Source: Macrostomum lignano | Taxonomy: Eukaryota | Direction: 5' to 3' | Assembly: GCA_002269645.1 (NCBI GenBank) | Contig: NIVC01000160.1 | Coordinates: 1-64,000, forward strand | Length of the DNA stretch: 64,000 bases | In this document: positions 16,172 through 30,000 of the stretch, in pieces | Layout of the letters: each line of letters opens with the position of its first letter | Position numbering within the stretch: the first letter of the stretch is position 1 | Notes under the pieces: generated by a model | What the model saw: only the letters and a program-made list of their open reading frames with translations | What the model was told of the DNA's origin: nothing | Database searches by the model: none | Made by a program: the position numbers and the translations under genes

Positions 16172-18305
16172 CCGTTAAGTTTGTGTCTGAGATAATAAAA
16201 TTCTATTGGTTCGCGTGGGGAAGGTTGTGTCTATGGAGTTATTTGAAGCTAGCTTGAAGAAAATGATTAGCTTTTCTGTACTGTACTTTAGCCGGCTAGT
16301 TGGTGAAGAGATGTGTGGCAGGTATTGTTACATGTGCGTACGTTCGCTACCGAGGTTCAATTAACGCGCCCATGCACTAAAGTTTTTATATATATTTTAC
16401 TCACGATGCAAAAAAGACTATTGTAAAATACGTCGTACAATCATAAACAAAATTTTCCTCATTTTATAGAATTGGGGTATTAGTAGAGTCTTGAGGAATG
16501 CCTAATTTCCTTTGCATGACCATTCATGAGTTAAATAAAATAATATCGGTGTAATTTAGTTTACGTTTTGCAGTAAAACAACTTCTATTTATTTTTGCCT
16601 AAAGATGTAAGTTGTTCAAAACAACTTTATGATTAAGTTTTTTCATACCTGCAAGAATATAATTGACATAATTTCTAGAGTATTTATTGTTGCTAGGTTA
16701 CATTTAGTTAAATTTAACAATCATTAAGGTAAATGATTTTTTCAGTACTTTTCAATGACAAAAAACGATTTTGTCTGAGTCTGTGTTCTTAAGATGTGTC
16801 AAAAAGTCTGGTAAGGTAACGAAACACGCAGTTTTCAGCCACTTTCCCAATGATATTTGATTATGTACTACTTAGATGTAATACTCAAGACAATGTTTTA
16901 AGTTCAGTTTATGAACACTGCTTTCGGTCGTTTCAGACTATTTGACAGCAATCCTCTTGTTTCGCACGTTTAATTATTTTATAAAAAGTAACAACGTCCT
17001 TAGTTACCAGTAAATACTGGTTCAATGAATAAATTTAGTACAAGCATATTCTACCTTCTGTGTAAACCGTCAGATTATTCATTTTCAAAATCTTAAGGTG
17101 TCTTTTAAGCATTAAAAACAGACAGGTTTTGAATTAATTTTTGACTAGATTCATTAATTTAAATATTTTTCCATGCGTTAAAATTCTAGGTTGCAAAGTT
17201 ACTACAGATGATTCTGTTGTGGCTGCATTTGTGTTGCACTCATTTCAAATGGAATCAATAATGATGATTTTTGTTAATGAGGCAGCAGTATGTATATGCT
17301 ATAGATTTACATATTTTATATAGTGTTATATAACAACTCAAACCATTTTTCTTTGAGGTAGCCATTTTATTCATTTGCAAAGGTGATTAGGGTCTTGCTG
17401 TAAAAGAAATTGTTGTATGTTTTTTTATTTTTCATTAAGTAACATATGCTTTTTATTCTTATGAAGCAATATTTGAAAATTTCATTGCATGACTGTGGAT
17501 CCAATATTATTTGGAATATTGCAGTCATAAGACAATTGTTAATTTAATTTAATTTTAAAATGTTTTAGCAGTCTCAAAACATATTCTATACTTTTAGTGG
17601 CTTTGAAACATTCTAACAATGTTAGAATTCAGAGTGCACAGGTATTTTCATGCATCTTTCTAACTTAGGTGATTTCAGCTCCACTTCAGCCAGTTGCAAT
17701 GTTGCATGTGTATTTGCATTATTGCTGGCTGTAACACTGAAACCCTGTCACTGTCAGCAAATGCTCATGTCATGAAGATCTGCCTCTAACTGGTTGGAAC
17801 AGACATCACTCACTTTGTCTCTTTGCCTTTTTGCATGTCAGCGGCATCCCCTCACCGCCAGAACGCTGCAGGGGGACTTGAAAGAGAAAATTTGGGTGGC
17901 GGTTCCCGCTTGGAGAGCTGCTGTGGGAGTCCGGATAGACAGGCTGTGTGCATGGGATAGGCAAGCTTATTAATAATTAATTAGGAGCGGGTTGAGGCCT
18001 TCCCAGCTGGAAGCCTTCAGCGCGAGATAATTGGGTAGATTGAAAATGGCTGGGGTTTGGTAAGGGAGTAGAGTGAGACGCTGTGGAGGGCACAGTAAAG
18101 TTAAATGCACTAGAGTGCGGTTGAGGAAAAGGAAAATATCCCCACTTATGCTGCCTCCGACCGTAGCCTCCCACTCCACCAGGCAGCCCCAATACCGTAA
18201 GCTCCGGCGGTGTCTCCAAGCATCCCATTGTCTCAGACGGCTTGGACAGACATCCCAGCTCTCTCCCTCTTTGCTCCAACCCCCTTTCCACTTCATCCCC
18301 GCCCC

Positions 18306-18320
18306 GTTGCTAAGGGCAAC
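18306..18320 (+). promoter_or_regulatory. RFX X-box upstream of tektin (GTTGCTAAGGGCAAC)
   Basis: Matches the RFX inverted-repeat consensus GTTRCY-N(0-3)-RGYAAC, about 220 bp upstream of the ATG of a motile-cilium gene. Confidence 0.7.
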
Positions 18321-18536
18321 GGCGTCTCTCCCTGGGGACCGGGCCGGCGGCAGATTTGAAAACTCAGCGCGCGGGAAGTTGAAGCCATCAAGAAGCCGAG
18401 TTTCATCTCAGTTTTGGCTCAGTCAGTTTTTGTTTGACTTCCGTTCATGCTTCGCCGGACAAACAGCCGCTTGATTTGTTTCTGAGCCGTCAGATTCTTT
18501 GAACTCAGCTCCGAAATCGTCTAGCTCGAACCACCC

Positions 18537-21500
18537 ATGGAATACCTGGGCCACACGCAGACCGCCAGCTACACCACCGGACCGCGGACCGCACAGTCCG
18601 CCTGCTTTCTGCCAGCCGTCGGTGCGCAGAAGACCTTCGACACCATGCCGGGTCCGTCACCGCTGAGGCGATCACTGACCTCGTTGCCATGGCGACCGAG
18701 CACCTATTACCAGACGGCTAAGGTGAGCCCGACAACGGCCCTAATGCAGAGCCAGTCGGGCCCACTGAGCGCTCGGGCCAACTTGGCTGAGCTGGAGGGC
18801 ATCAAGGTAAGAAGTTCTTGCTTACTGAGTCAAATAGCTCTTCAAGGTCTATGGATTAGGGTGCATTGAGAGCTCAGCGGTAACGAGTCGACTGAAAGCG
18901 CAGGCACATGAATTCGGAATTTGAAAGTGCCAATCCTTCAGGGCATAGAGCATGCACATTGTGCCTGACATAGGAAAATTCGGATCGTTGTACAACCTGT
19001 GCGAGAGTGTAAGTGTCTAAGTATCAAAATCCCCTGCACACTAATCCTAACTGGCGACAGGTGCCGCCAGTGTTCTCAGCGGCGCGCAACGCTCTCTACA
19101 CTCGCTACACGCCCAACGACTGGATGAGCGCCAACCTCAGCAACTACTCGGTGTCCGACCGAGTGCGCGGCAACGCGGAGCGCATCCGCTACGACACGTT
19201 GCGACTCTGCCGCGAAGGCGAGGACCGGACCAAGCGAGCCCAGGAGGAGAGCGGCAAGCGTCTCGGCGAGCGGGTCACGGACATCAACTTCTGGAAGACG
19301 GAGCTGCAGCACGAGACCGACAACATGGTGACCGAGATTTCTAGCCTGCAGGAGGCCAAGCGCATCGCGGAGAAGGCCCTCGGCGAGACCGAAAACCCGC
19401 TGCACGTGGCGCAGGAGTGCCTGTACAACCGCGAGAAGCGTCAGGGCATCGATCTGGTGCACGACTTGGTCGAGAAGGACCTGCTTAGGGTGAGCTGGAA
19501 AATTTGGACAAGCATTAAAGTATATCAAAAAACGTGATAAATGGAGAAATTTAGCTAAATGTAGACCTGTATCTTTTTATTGCCATTGCTCTGGAAATGT
19601 AGTTCAAAAAATGCTGTGAAATGAATGCTTGAGGAATGTGGGCGAGGGCAGACTTGTGTAGAGGGTGTGCAATCTAACCGTGACTTTTTGGGTCACTTTC
19701 TGTTCAACATCATGCGATGCCGGAATGCATTAGTGCTGTTATTGGACAAAAACTCCGATAATGGGATATATAGATTGCTGTACCTGTAAGGGGATTCGAG
19801 ATAATGGCGCCAAATTATGAATTGGCCACCAATAAAAACGGTGTAAAATTTCTTGCTTTATCGTTTTATTTTAGGGCTGAATAGCTTTGGTTAAGTGGGC
19901 TTTTGTGCACGGAAATTAGCACAAAGCGAGTACTCATCCACTTCAAGGCACAAGAGTGTGCTGTGAGCATACCTGACTATGCTAAAGGCAAAGCCGCTGT
20001 ACACACTGTGTCAGCTTGTGCCGTCTAGGCTCATAAAGATGAGCATGAATAACTACCTGCCTTAAGTCTATTATCTAAGTCCTAAGTCTCATAGTCCTAA
20101 GCTTGTTGTCTACATAAAGTACATATATGATTCCAAAAAGTTAAGTTACCGTTCTAATTCTAAATAATTAATAAATATGTTCCATTAACAGGAGGTCGAT
20201 GTTATCAAACAATGCCAAGACAAGATCAGGGCTGTTATTGACAAGGCCAATGTGCAGCTAAAGTGAGTTTTTCAAGTGATCACCGTGCTATAAATACGAG
20301 TATAGTGCATGGCATTTCGATTTGCTTGACAGTCCCTGTTCCACCCCACCCCATTGTAAAGCTTTATCCACGGCCGACTAGCACCCCGCCAACTGTCCAG
20401 TGTCCAAGTCCACTAACCCCCCACATTTGTGCACAGCCCTATTCAAGGCCGCCTAACTCCCCGCCAATGTCCAACTCCACTAACCCCCACCCCAGTGTAC
20501 AGCCTTATCAACGGCCGCCTAACCCCCTTCCCCCGCCACTGTCCAACTCCACTAACCCCACACCAGTGTACAGCCTTATCAACGGCCGCCTAACCCCCCG
20601 CCACTGTCCAACACCGCTAACCACCTCCACCCCAGTCTACATGCAGCCTTATTCAAGGCTAGATGTGTATACCTTCTCAAACTCCACTCCCTCACTCTCA
20701 GCCTGAACCGAGCTGCCCAGCACGAGTTGGAGAAGGACACGGCCGACAAATTCTCAGCCCAGCACCTCGACGAGAAGTGCCACGGCCTGCGCAACGCATC
20801 CGGCGGTATCGCATTCCACAACGGAATCGAGCAACTCGACAGAACGTAAATACTCTTAGGTTAATAAAAATGGCGCTGAAAGTATAGCGTATACATTACG
20901 CTCGTAATAACTCATCCGGTACCGTTTGCTACCTTGACAGGCTGTCTGTCCCGGAGACCTGGGCCAAGTTCAGCAACGAAAACATCCAGCGCTCGCAGGC
21001 TGAACGGGCGGCTAGCAAGAACCTCCGCGCCGAGCTGGACAAGGTGCTCAACGATTGCGCCAACGACATGTGGAAGCAGTTCAACTGCGTCAACACGGCG
21101 CTGAGCGAACGAGTCCAGGAGTGCACCGACGCCAGGAATAAGCTGCAGACTCACCTGGGAAAAGTGCTGCAGGAGGTCTTCGATATGGAAAAGAACATCG
21201 AGTTCTTGAAGAAGTCTATCAAGGACAAGGAGGCGCCCTACCAGGTGGCGCAGACTCGCCTGGAGACTCGAATCCACCGGCCAAACGTTGAGCTCTGCCG
21301 CGACCCAGCGCAGCACAGGTGAGCATAGCCTGTTGGCGCCAAGCACACCAAACACTTAAGTTTATGGCAGGCAAATGAAGTTGACTTTTGACTTCAAGAA
21401 AACAAACAAATTGTAGTACCTTTGGTCTCTATTTTCAGGGGGCTAAAATAAATACAGAATCTCAATCCTGGCTGATCGGCCAATCAGATCTCTAGGAGTG

Positions 21501-21825
21501 AGGTGGCTGTCGGCCAATCAGATCTCTAGGAGTGAGGTGGTCGTCGGCCAATCAGATCTCTAGGAGCGAGTTTACTATGAAGGAATGTCATACTTTACCT
21601 CTATCTTCTTCCAGGCTGGTTTCTGAGGTTCAGGAAATTCGCGAAACCGTGGAGCAGCTGCAGGCAAAGCTTCGAGAAGCTGAGAACGCTCTGCAACACC
21701 TGCTGAAGACGAAGTCGGCCCTGGAACACGACCTGTCAGTGAAGAACAACTCGCTGTTTATCGACCGCGAGAAGTGCCTCGGCATTCGCAAGACCTTCCC
21801 GATGGCCCCGCGAGGGTCCTATTGA
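18537..21825 (+). CDS. TEKT3: Tektin-3 (tektin-3/5 class) ciliary microtubule inner protein, 500 aa; exons 18537-18806, 19061-19489, 20192-20262, 20702-20845, 20941-21318, 21615-21825
   Basis: SLPWRPSTYY N-terminal motif, RYTPNDW, FWKTEL, ECLYNREKRQGIDLVHD, tektin signature RPNVELCRD, NNSLFIDREKC. All junctions are GT-AG and in frame. Confidence 0.95.
20335..20660. repeat. Degenerate ~60-bp tandem repeat (CCACTAACCCC..CAGCCTTATCAACGGCCGCCTAAC) in tektin intron 3
   Basis: Four to five imperfect copies visible. Confidence 0.75.
21470..21570. repeat. 34-bp repeat CGGCCAATCAGATCTCTAGGAGTGAGGTGGCTGT x3 in tektin intron 5
   Basis: Direct; related to the arrays at 31860 and 32865. Confidence 0.9.
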
Positions 21826-22436
21826 AGCTGTCGACTGTGAGCCGATCTGGGGAACGAAGGTGACTTCACGAATAGTTAGTTAAACTGTCGAGTTTCTGAA
21901 ATAGCTTTCGCTCTCTCTCCCTGCCCTGGCCTGCCCTGGAATAAGCCAGAAATTTTGTTACTTTCCTTGTTGCTTGCTTTGCCACTAATGGAAACAGCTC
22001 TCGTCCCACAGTTGTCTGCTTGACACTTTGTGTCCCCTCCACTGAACTTCGCTGTGTCCAAAGGAACTTCAATTCTATTGAAGCAAATCAAACCTGCCCG
22101 CCCCCGATTTTCCTTTGTCGCTTCAGATTTTACTTTAGATCTAGAAATATTTTGTTCAAACTGTGATGACTGCCGCTTATCCGGGCTGTTCAATCAACGA
22201 ATAGTTTTTTTCTACGTTATTCTTTTTTCCGGAGTTTTTTTCGCTATTTTTCATTCTGTCTACTCTTTACACTGCTGATACAAGTACTATCTATAGATAT
22301 TAGGTCGTATAATACGCAGATTTGAATCTTTCTTTCAAGCGCTTTTTTATTTTTTTGACTCTTTTGTTTTACTGTAGCTAAAAGTTTTGTTTTGTTCCCT
22401 TCGCCGATCTGAAGTCCTCGTTGTTCCAGTCTGCTC

Positions 22437-22891
22437 CACAGATTCTAAAATAAGTAGATGGGCCACTCAGCCACATATACTTAGTAAAACAGCTTTCTAC
22501 TTTCAGTTCAGTAGCAATGAAGAATACACAAGCCATTTTATAAAAATAAAGGCAGCTGACATGACTTGGATAAATGTAAGTTTAGAAGCCCAAAGCTTGC
22601 AGATGTAAACAACTTGCTAATTGGTTCAGCAATAATGTACATTAGTCAGTCCACTGAAATGTACATGGCAGCTTTAGTCTTGGAATTCCGGGAAAGGCAA
22701 TAAAAATTGGGGGGTGGGCGAGGGTAGAGTGGAAAGACACGGTTGGAGGGTTTAGGCTGGGGGTGAGAGCCAATGAATAAGCCTTGGCTTTAAAAATACA
22801 TTAAAATTCTTCAGTTTAACTTACTGCTGAACTGAAAGTAGTTTACACGCAAATGTGCTGAGTGGCTCATCTAGTTATTTTAGTATCTGTG
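22437..22891. mobile_element. Non-autonomous DNA transposon (MITE) with CACAG...CTGTG termini and 3-bp TSD CTC (CMC/EnSpm-like), copy 1
   Basis: ~35-bp TIR CACAGATTCTAAAATAAGTAGATGGGCCACTCAG / CTGAGTGGCTCATCTAGTTATTTTAGTATCTGTG; subterminal inverted CTACTTTCAGTTCAG; CTC on both flanks; second copy at 37116-37559. Confidence 0.85.
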
Positions 22892-24661
22892 CTCTGCTCT
22901 CTTGGACTGACAGTGAAACTCCTAGAAATGAAACCTTCAAGGTTGGGACAATACAAGACATCCCTACATCATCATTCAATTTTTCTGTTTACCAAGTTTT
23001 TTTTTTCGATCACTCTTTCGGTATTTTTTCTGTTTGCGTCATTGGTCATCAACTTGCACCTCTGGAACTGCTCCGTGGATTTGTTGCCAGCGAAGCTGTT
23101 GGTTTTGCTATTCCACTAAAATTTTCTGGTTGCTCTACAACACCGAATGTTATAACACTCGGATTGCAGTAGATTAGTTGCATAACACTTTTGGCTGCCT
23201 GAAAGTTTACAATAACCCAGCTGCTGTGCATGAATGAATGCATTCAGCAGCTTAGATTAATTAGTATGCGTAGACTAGCCACTGCCCCCCTGCCAACTCT
23301 GTCATGTATTTCTGTGTTTCGCTCATTTGCTCAAGCCATTGCCTTTTTTCTTTGCTTGGCCAACAACACACAAACTGCTGATTAATTTACGAGTTATAAG
23401 ACAAGACCAATTCAAAACAGCAATGGAATTTAAAAGTTGTGTTTTTTCTCTCCTCCTCTATCTTTATTGCGCTCCCAGACTCTCGCACAAACCGAATCTC
23501 TTTTAAAGCTGCAAAGAGTTAAAATCCAGTGTCGGCAGTACCGGTTGCCTTTGCACGGTCGCGAACGGAAGTTGGAGTTTTTTTACAAAGAAAACCTGGT
23601 ATTGACTACTTAAAGTACTATTCTGTACACAAGCGCGTTAATTGCTGTCACTCAACAACAGTTTTTTTGTGCTCCTGTGTTTTTTGTTTCTCTTTCATCC
23701 GTATTTTTGTTGCCTAAACTTCTCTTTTGCTGCTGAACAATTTCCTGCTCCCACACCGCTTCTCGCTCTGACAAACTGCTGATCTTTGCCTTGGTGAACG
23801 CTGCTGAAACAATTACAAAAGATATTAAATGTAGCTGGAAGAGATTACACAGACATGGGCTGAATATCTATAGAAATTATTTTAAAATACAAAAATTAAT
23901 ACTCCTTTTTTACTGTCCCGTTCCCCTGTTATACGCCCAGCGCTTTTAATTTCTGTAAAAAATAATTTAACCACGTTGCTGACGTTAAAGACTGATGGAC
24001 TCTGATTATTTTCAACTGTTCTGTTGTGGAAATAAGGGGCAGGGGGCAAAGGCAGCTCTACGGTAGAAGGGCCGCGACACCTGGTTCGATTAAAGTCGTG
24101 CGATTCACAGCCAAGAGGGCCAACCCCCCTAGGCACAGAGAGTGTACATGTCACTCAAGAAAGTCAGGGCCGCTGTACATCCTATGTGAGCGTGTGCACA
24201 TGAATCGCGTACATGTCCAAATACATACGTGTATATAGCAGCCTGTCCCGCTCTACCTGTAAATCCGCAGAGTGGCCTGCGACCATGTGTATGCATGTTA
24301 TTTTTTAGTGCCATGCAGCTTTTAAGTCGTCAGAGGTTTTGCTATATAGTGACTTGAATTGTAGGTCAGAAGCTGCATGTAGTTTTTTTTTCAAAAATGT
24401 TTATTTTATTCTTTTGCCTTACCAACGGGGGCGCTGATTGTTACGCTCGTAGTTTCACAATACTGTTAATGTAAATATAAAACGTATTTTCGTAGTTACA
24501 AGTACTGTGTACATGCATGTACACAAACTGCAGTCGTAACACTACATGCATGTCCGCATGTACGTGTAAGACTCGCGAATATTAAATAGAATCTAAGAAT
24601 CCTACCTTATAATAGGTGTCGGCGATGGATTTCGAATTACCTGTACTTCTACAGAATCAGC

Positions 24662-24935
24662 CAGGGGCGTCGCCATGGATTTCATGATGGGGGGTCAAAG
24701 TAAAAATTCAGCTAAATGTACACAACTAAGTACATTATTTTGTGAATGGGTGCATTGTCCGCACTCATTATAGGCGCCGCAGGCGCTATATTTTTGGCGC
24801 GACCTGAAGCAATTGATTTCACGGTTGACAAGGTGGGGTTGGGGGGACAAAGCATTAATTAATGGTATCTCCCCCTATATAGCTTTTACTAGGGGGAGAT
24901 GTCCCCCCTGTCCCTCCCCGGAGGCGACGCCACTG
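24662..24935. mobile_element. hAT-like MITE with TIRs CAGGGGCGTCGCC / GGCGACGCCACTG
   Basis: 13-bp near-perfect TIR related to the 49191 element; no TSD retained. Confidence 0.7.
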
Positions 24936-27079
24936 GATCTTCATATGCAGAATTCGGCATATGGACGACGACATATCTGCAGTTATCGATGATGGCACGT
25001 ATGGCCAATTGCTTCTGAAAGTAGCAGTTAAGTATTAAACGTTCGATTGTCCTAAATAGCTGCGGAATTTTAAGTTTAAGTCAAACTACAAGAAATAGCG
25101 TAATATTGTACTCAACTATATCGGGTTTACAGGCGAATATGCGCAGGCCCCAATTGGAATTAAACATTATTATATATATCTATCTTAAAAAATAAAAATT
25201 AAGTATCTTGCAGAAAGCTATGTATAGTGCCATATCTTTTAAAAATAAGTTTAATGTTTTGTTTGACTGTTTATGCAGTAAGTTCGAAATTAAACTTTGT
25301 AAGAATTATTACCCGTTGTTCTTAGAAAGTGCTCTGAAATGTGCGTGTTCCTGACTGCCAGACTCACAGCCCAGGCTTTCTATGCAGCTTCTTGTAGCGT
25401 GGGCCGTAGTTGTGATGCATGAAAATACGGCCATATGAATCATAGAAGACCAAACAGTTGAAACAATATTTGAAGATAACTAACTAAGAGAAAGGGGGGG
25501 GGGTCGGCACCAGACCCCTTGCCCTTGGCAGCCTGGGGGACAGGGCCACTTGGTTCTAGGTATATCAGTAAATTATTCGAAAATTACTATTTTTTATAGG
25601 CTGCTGGTCTGCTGCTAATTCATTAGCCCTTATCATTCACTTGTTTTCCAACTGTTTAACCTATCCATCACCATCATTCCATCATTCCTAAACATAGCTG
25701 AAATTGGTGTTTGCTTTAGAGGTTTGGATTTAGGCTGGACTGGAGGACCAAGGTACATGTAGAATTAAGGCTTATCTGTTGTTGTTTGTTGTTCTCTATT
25801 TTGGATTTTTGCATAATAAATTTTGATTAAAGCCAAAGGTTGTCATATTTAATGTAGGTAAGTAGGTTTATAAATTTATAACACTTTATAAAAGAGGAAT
25901 TTAATCATGCAACTAGGTCTAGGCCATGTCTATATAATATTAATAATTATTTTACATATTTTAGTTAACTAAAATATTTATTAAAATTAGTTAGGCCTAA
26001 TATTATAATAGGCCTATTTGTTACTTGCTTTGTTAGTTATCTTTAAGCTTTTAAATCAAGTTCAAGTTTCTTAGCTCATAGATAAAGCCTAGGGCCTACT
26101 TGAATTTACTAACTAAAGGCAAAGCTAAACAAAATATTACAATATAAAATGTTATATAAATCTTTTGATTTAGATTTGTTAATTTAAACTAGGATAGGAA
26201 AAAGGCTTAAAGAACTGGCTTTACAAATATTAGAAAAAAATAAATTAGTAATATATAAAGTAGGGGGCTATGCCCCCTCCCCAATTGCCTAAGAAAGGAT
26301 AGATATTATTGTTCATTGCACTGGCTTCCAAAAAGGTCTTTCATTGCCATAATTACAAAAAGGTATTTAATTGCTTCTTTCCTAAAATGTTTAGGATATT
26401 CTGGTTCTGCACTATCTATCATATGCCCTCAATAGAAAATCCTGGGTATGCTACTGATTTTTTATTTAATCAAAACAATAAATCAAGACAAGATCTAGAT
26501 ACCTTAAAAATGACTTCTATTTATCTATCAACTAATCTATCAACTAATAATGGCTAACATTACTTAAAATTTTGTATTTGCAGATGGAAAAATATTTTTC
26601 TACTAGGCTAACAATTGTTTGTCTACTATTTAATAGCAAATATATTAGTCATATATTACTTATATCTTTAAAATTTATAGCCTAAAACAGCTAGCATTGT
26701 ACAATATATAGCCTATAAAATTAATAAAAAAATTGTTAAAAATGAGAATTGTTTAAAACAAATCTAGGTATGCACATGCTACTATCTCATGGTACTATAA
26801 CTATCACATAGCACATGGTAGATTGCTGCCACTACTAAGTAGCCCGCCCTCTGTGTAGACTGTTGCCCCTGTCTTCTGAGAAGAGCCCTCTGTTACTGGA
26901 CTGTTACCCCTGTTCTCTAGGCAGCCCTCTGAGTAGACTGTTGCCTCTGCTCTCTAATTAGGCGGCTACATTGTTTTCTAAAACAGAACTGAGTTATTAG
27001 CAAATGGCCGCAGAACAGATGGATAATCTATTTGATTAAGCTGGCACTCCTGTTGCTCCCTGTCTCACCTGCAGCTGTC

Positions 27080-30000
27080 ATGCCTGGCAGAGTACGAGTG
27101 AAAATCCTGTCAGCTCGCAACCTGCCTGTGATGGACAGGGCCAGCTATTCCACTGACGCTTTTGTCGAACTGAAACTCGGCAATGCGTCTTATAAAACAG
27201 AAGTCGCCAGGCGCAGCTTGAATCCGCAGTGGAATACGGAATGGTTTAAGTTTGAGCTGGACGATGAAGAGCTGCAGGATGAGGCCTTGCAGATTCGGGT
27301 CCTGGACTATGACACCTACAGCTCACACGATGCTATTGGGAAGGCAAGTGAGACTTGTGAGAGCCTGGGAGACTGAAGAATGTGCATGCAGTCTTAGCGA
27401 ATAAGGATTTTATGATTAGGAATCTAGAGTTATGGGATCATTAGATAGTGATCTATCCGAACTAACCAAATCCAGAATTAGAGATCTAGAGACACTTGAA
27501 TGCTTAGAATTATACATCTAGTTATATATCTAGAGACAAGTGATTCAATAAGTAAAGATTTGAAGACAAATTGTTCAATTTTTTAAAATCTAGAGACAAA
27601 TGATTCAAGGATTAAAGATTTGAAGACAAATGGTTTAATGATTAGAGATCTAGAGACATGTGGTTCAATGATTAGAGATCTAGAGACATGTGGTTCAATG
27701 ATTAGAGATCTAGAGACATGTGGTTCAATGATTAGAGATCTAGAGACAAGTGATTCAATGATTAGAGATCTAGAGACACGTAATTCAACAATTAGAGATC
27801 TAGAGACACGTGATTCAATGATTAGAGGTCTAGAGATAAGTGATTCAATGGTTAGTGATCTAGATACAGGTGATTCAATGATTAGAGACTATAAGAATTC
27901 CAATGGAACTTTCACCGCCCAGGTGTACATCGACTTGAACCCGTTGCTGGGCAAAGACGGCAGCCGGGGCATGTCGGGCTGGTTCCCCCTATACGACACG
28001 ATGCACGGCATCAGGGGTGACATCCAGATCTCGGTGAACCTGGACCTGTTCAGCGACACCAACAGGTACAGGGAGTCGTCTCTAGGCGTGAAATTCTTCT
28101 ATCACCCGGGCGTACCGGTCGGCCAGACCCTGCTGCAGCTGCTCGGCTTTGTTGAAGAGCTGGTTGTCAACGACGATCCCGAATACCAATGGATAGAGAA
28201 GCTTCGAACTTCCAGGGCGTCTAATGAGGCCAGGTAGGGCCAGTGAGGCACAACTGTTCTCGAGCTGACATAGGTTCGAATCAGGCTTCTCTCAGAATTA
28301 AGCATATGAATTCAATTTTCTCTGCTTTAAAATTATTGTCTCTACATATCGGCAAATGAAATCAAATCCTTTCTTGGGGTTCGATTGATTGTTTCATTCA
28401 TACCTTCATATCTAATTAATAATAATGATGATTGATCACAACTGCCCCAATGGGCAGATGTGCAACCGACAGCTCAGCCGCAGCTACTGCCCGTCCCATC
28501 TAAAGGCTGCATACGACTGTTCAGTCCAAGGACGGGGGGGTCGCCACACATCTTTAATTACCCCAGCTAATGCTGACACTCATTTTACAGCTGGGTGAAC
28601 TGAAGCAATGCAGAGTTAAGTGTCTTTCTCAAAGACACAAATTGTTCCGAGTGGGATCGGTAATCGAACCCCCGACTTTTCAGTCGTAAGTCCGCCGCTC
28701 TAACCACACAACCCCCACTAGGCCACAACCCCCACTAGGCCACAACCCCACTAAGCTACAACTCCCACTAAGCTACAACTCTCACTAGGCTACAACCCCC
28801 ACTAGGCTACAACCCCCACTAGGCCACAACCCCCACTAAGCTACAAGCCCCACTAGGCCACAACCCCCACTAAGCTACAAGCCCCACTAGGCCACAACCC
28901 CCACTAAGCTACAAGCCCCACTAGGCTACAACCCCCACTAGGCCACAACCCCCACTAGGCCACAACCCCCACTAGGCCACAACCCCCACTAAGCTACAAC
29001 TCCCACTAAGCTACAACCTACAACTCTCACTAGGCTACAACCCCCACTAGGCTACAACCCCCACTAAGCTACAACCCCCACTAGGCCACAACCCCCACTA
29101 AGCTACAAGCCCCACTAGGCCACAAACCCCACTAAGCTACAAGCTCCACTAGGCTACAACCCCCACTAGGCCACAACCCCCACTAAGCTACAACTCCCAC
29201 TAAGCTACAACTCTCACTAGGCTACAACCCCCACTAGGCAACAGCTCCCACTAAGCTACAACTCCCACTAAGCTACAACTCTCACTAAGCTACAACTCCC
29301 ACTAAGCTACAACTCTCACTAGGCTACAACCCCCACTAGGCTACAACCCCCACTAGGCAACAGCTCCCACTAAGCTACAACTCCCACTAAGCTACAACTC
29401 TCACTAAGCTACAACTCCCACTAAGCTACAACTCCCACTAAGCTACAACTCCCACTAAGCTACAACCCCCACTAGGCTACAACCCCCACTAGGCTACAAC
29501 CCCCACTAGGCCACAACCCCCACTAAGCTACAAGCCCCACTAGGCCACAACCCCCACTAAGCTACAAGCCCCACTAGGCTACAACCCCCACTAGGCCACA
29601 ACCCCCACTAGGCCACAACCCCCACTAGGCCACAACCCCCACTAAGCTACAACTCCCACTAAGCTACAACCTACAACTCTCACTAGGCTACAACCCCCAC
29701 TAGGCTATAACCCCCACTAAGCTACAACCCCCACTAGGCCACAACCCCCACTAAGCTACAAGCCCCACTAGGCCACAAACCCCACTAAGCTACAAGCTCC
29801 ACTAGGCTACAACCCCCACTAGGCCACAACCCCCACTAAGCTACAACTCCCACTAAGCTACAACTCTCACTAGGCTACAACCCCCACTAGGCTACAACCC
29901 CCACTAAGCTACAACCCCCACTAGGCCACAACCCCCACTAAGCTACAAGCCCCACTAGGCCACAAACCCCACTAAGCTACAAGCTCCACTAGGCCACAAC

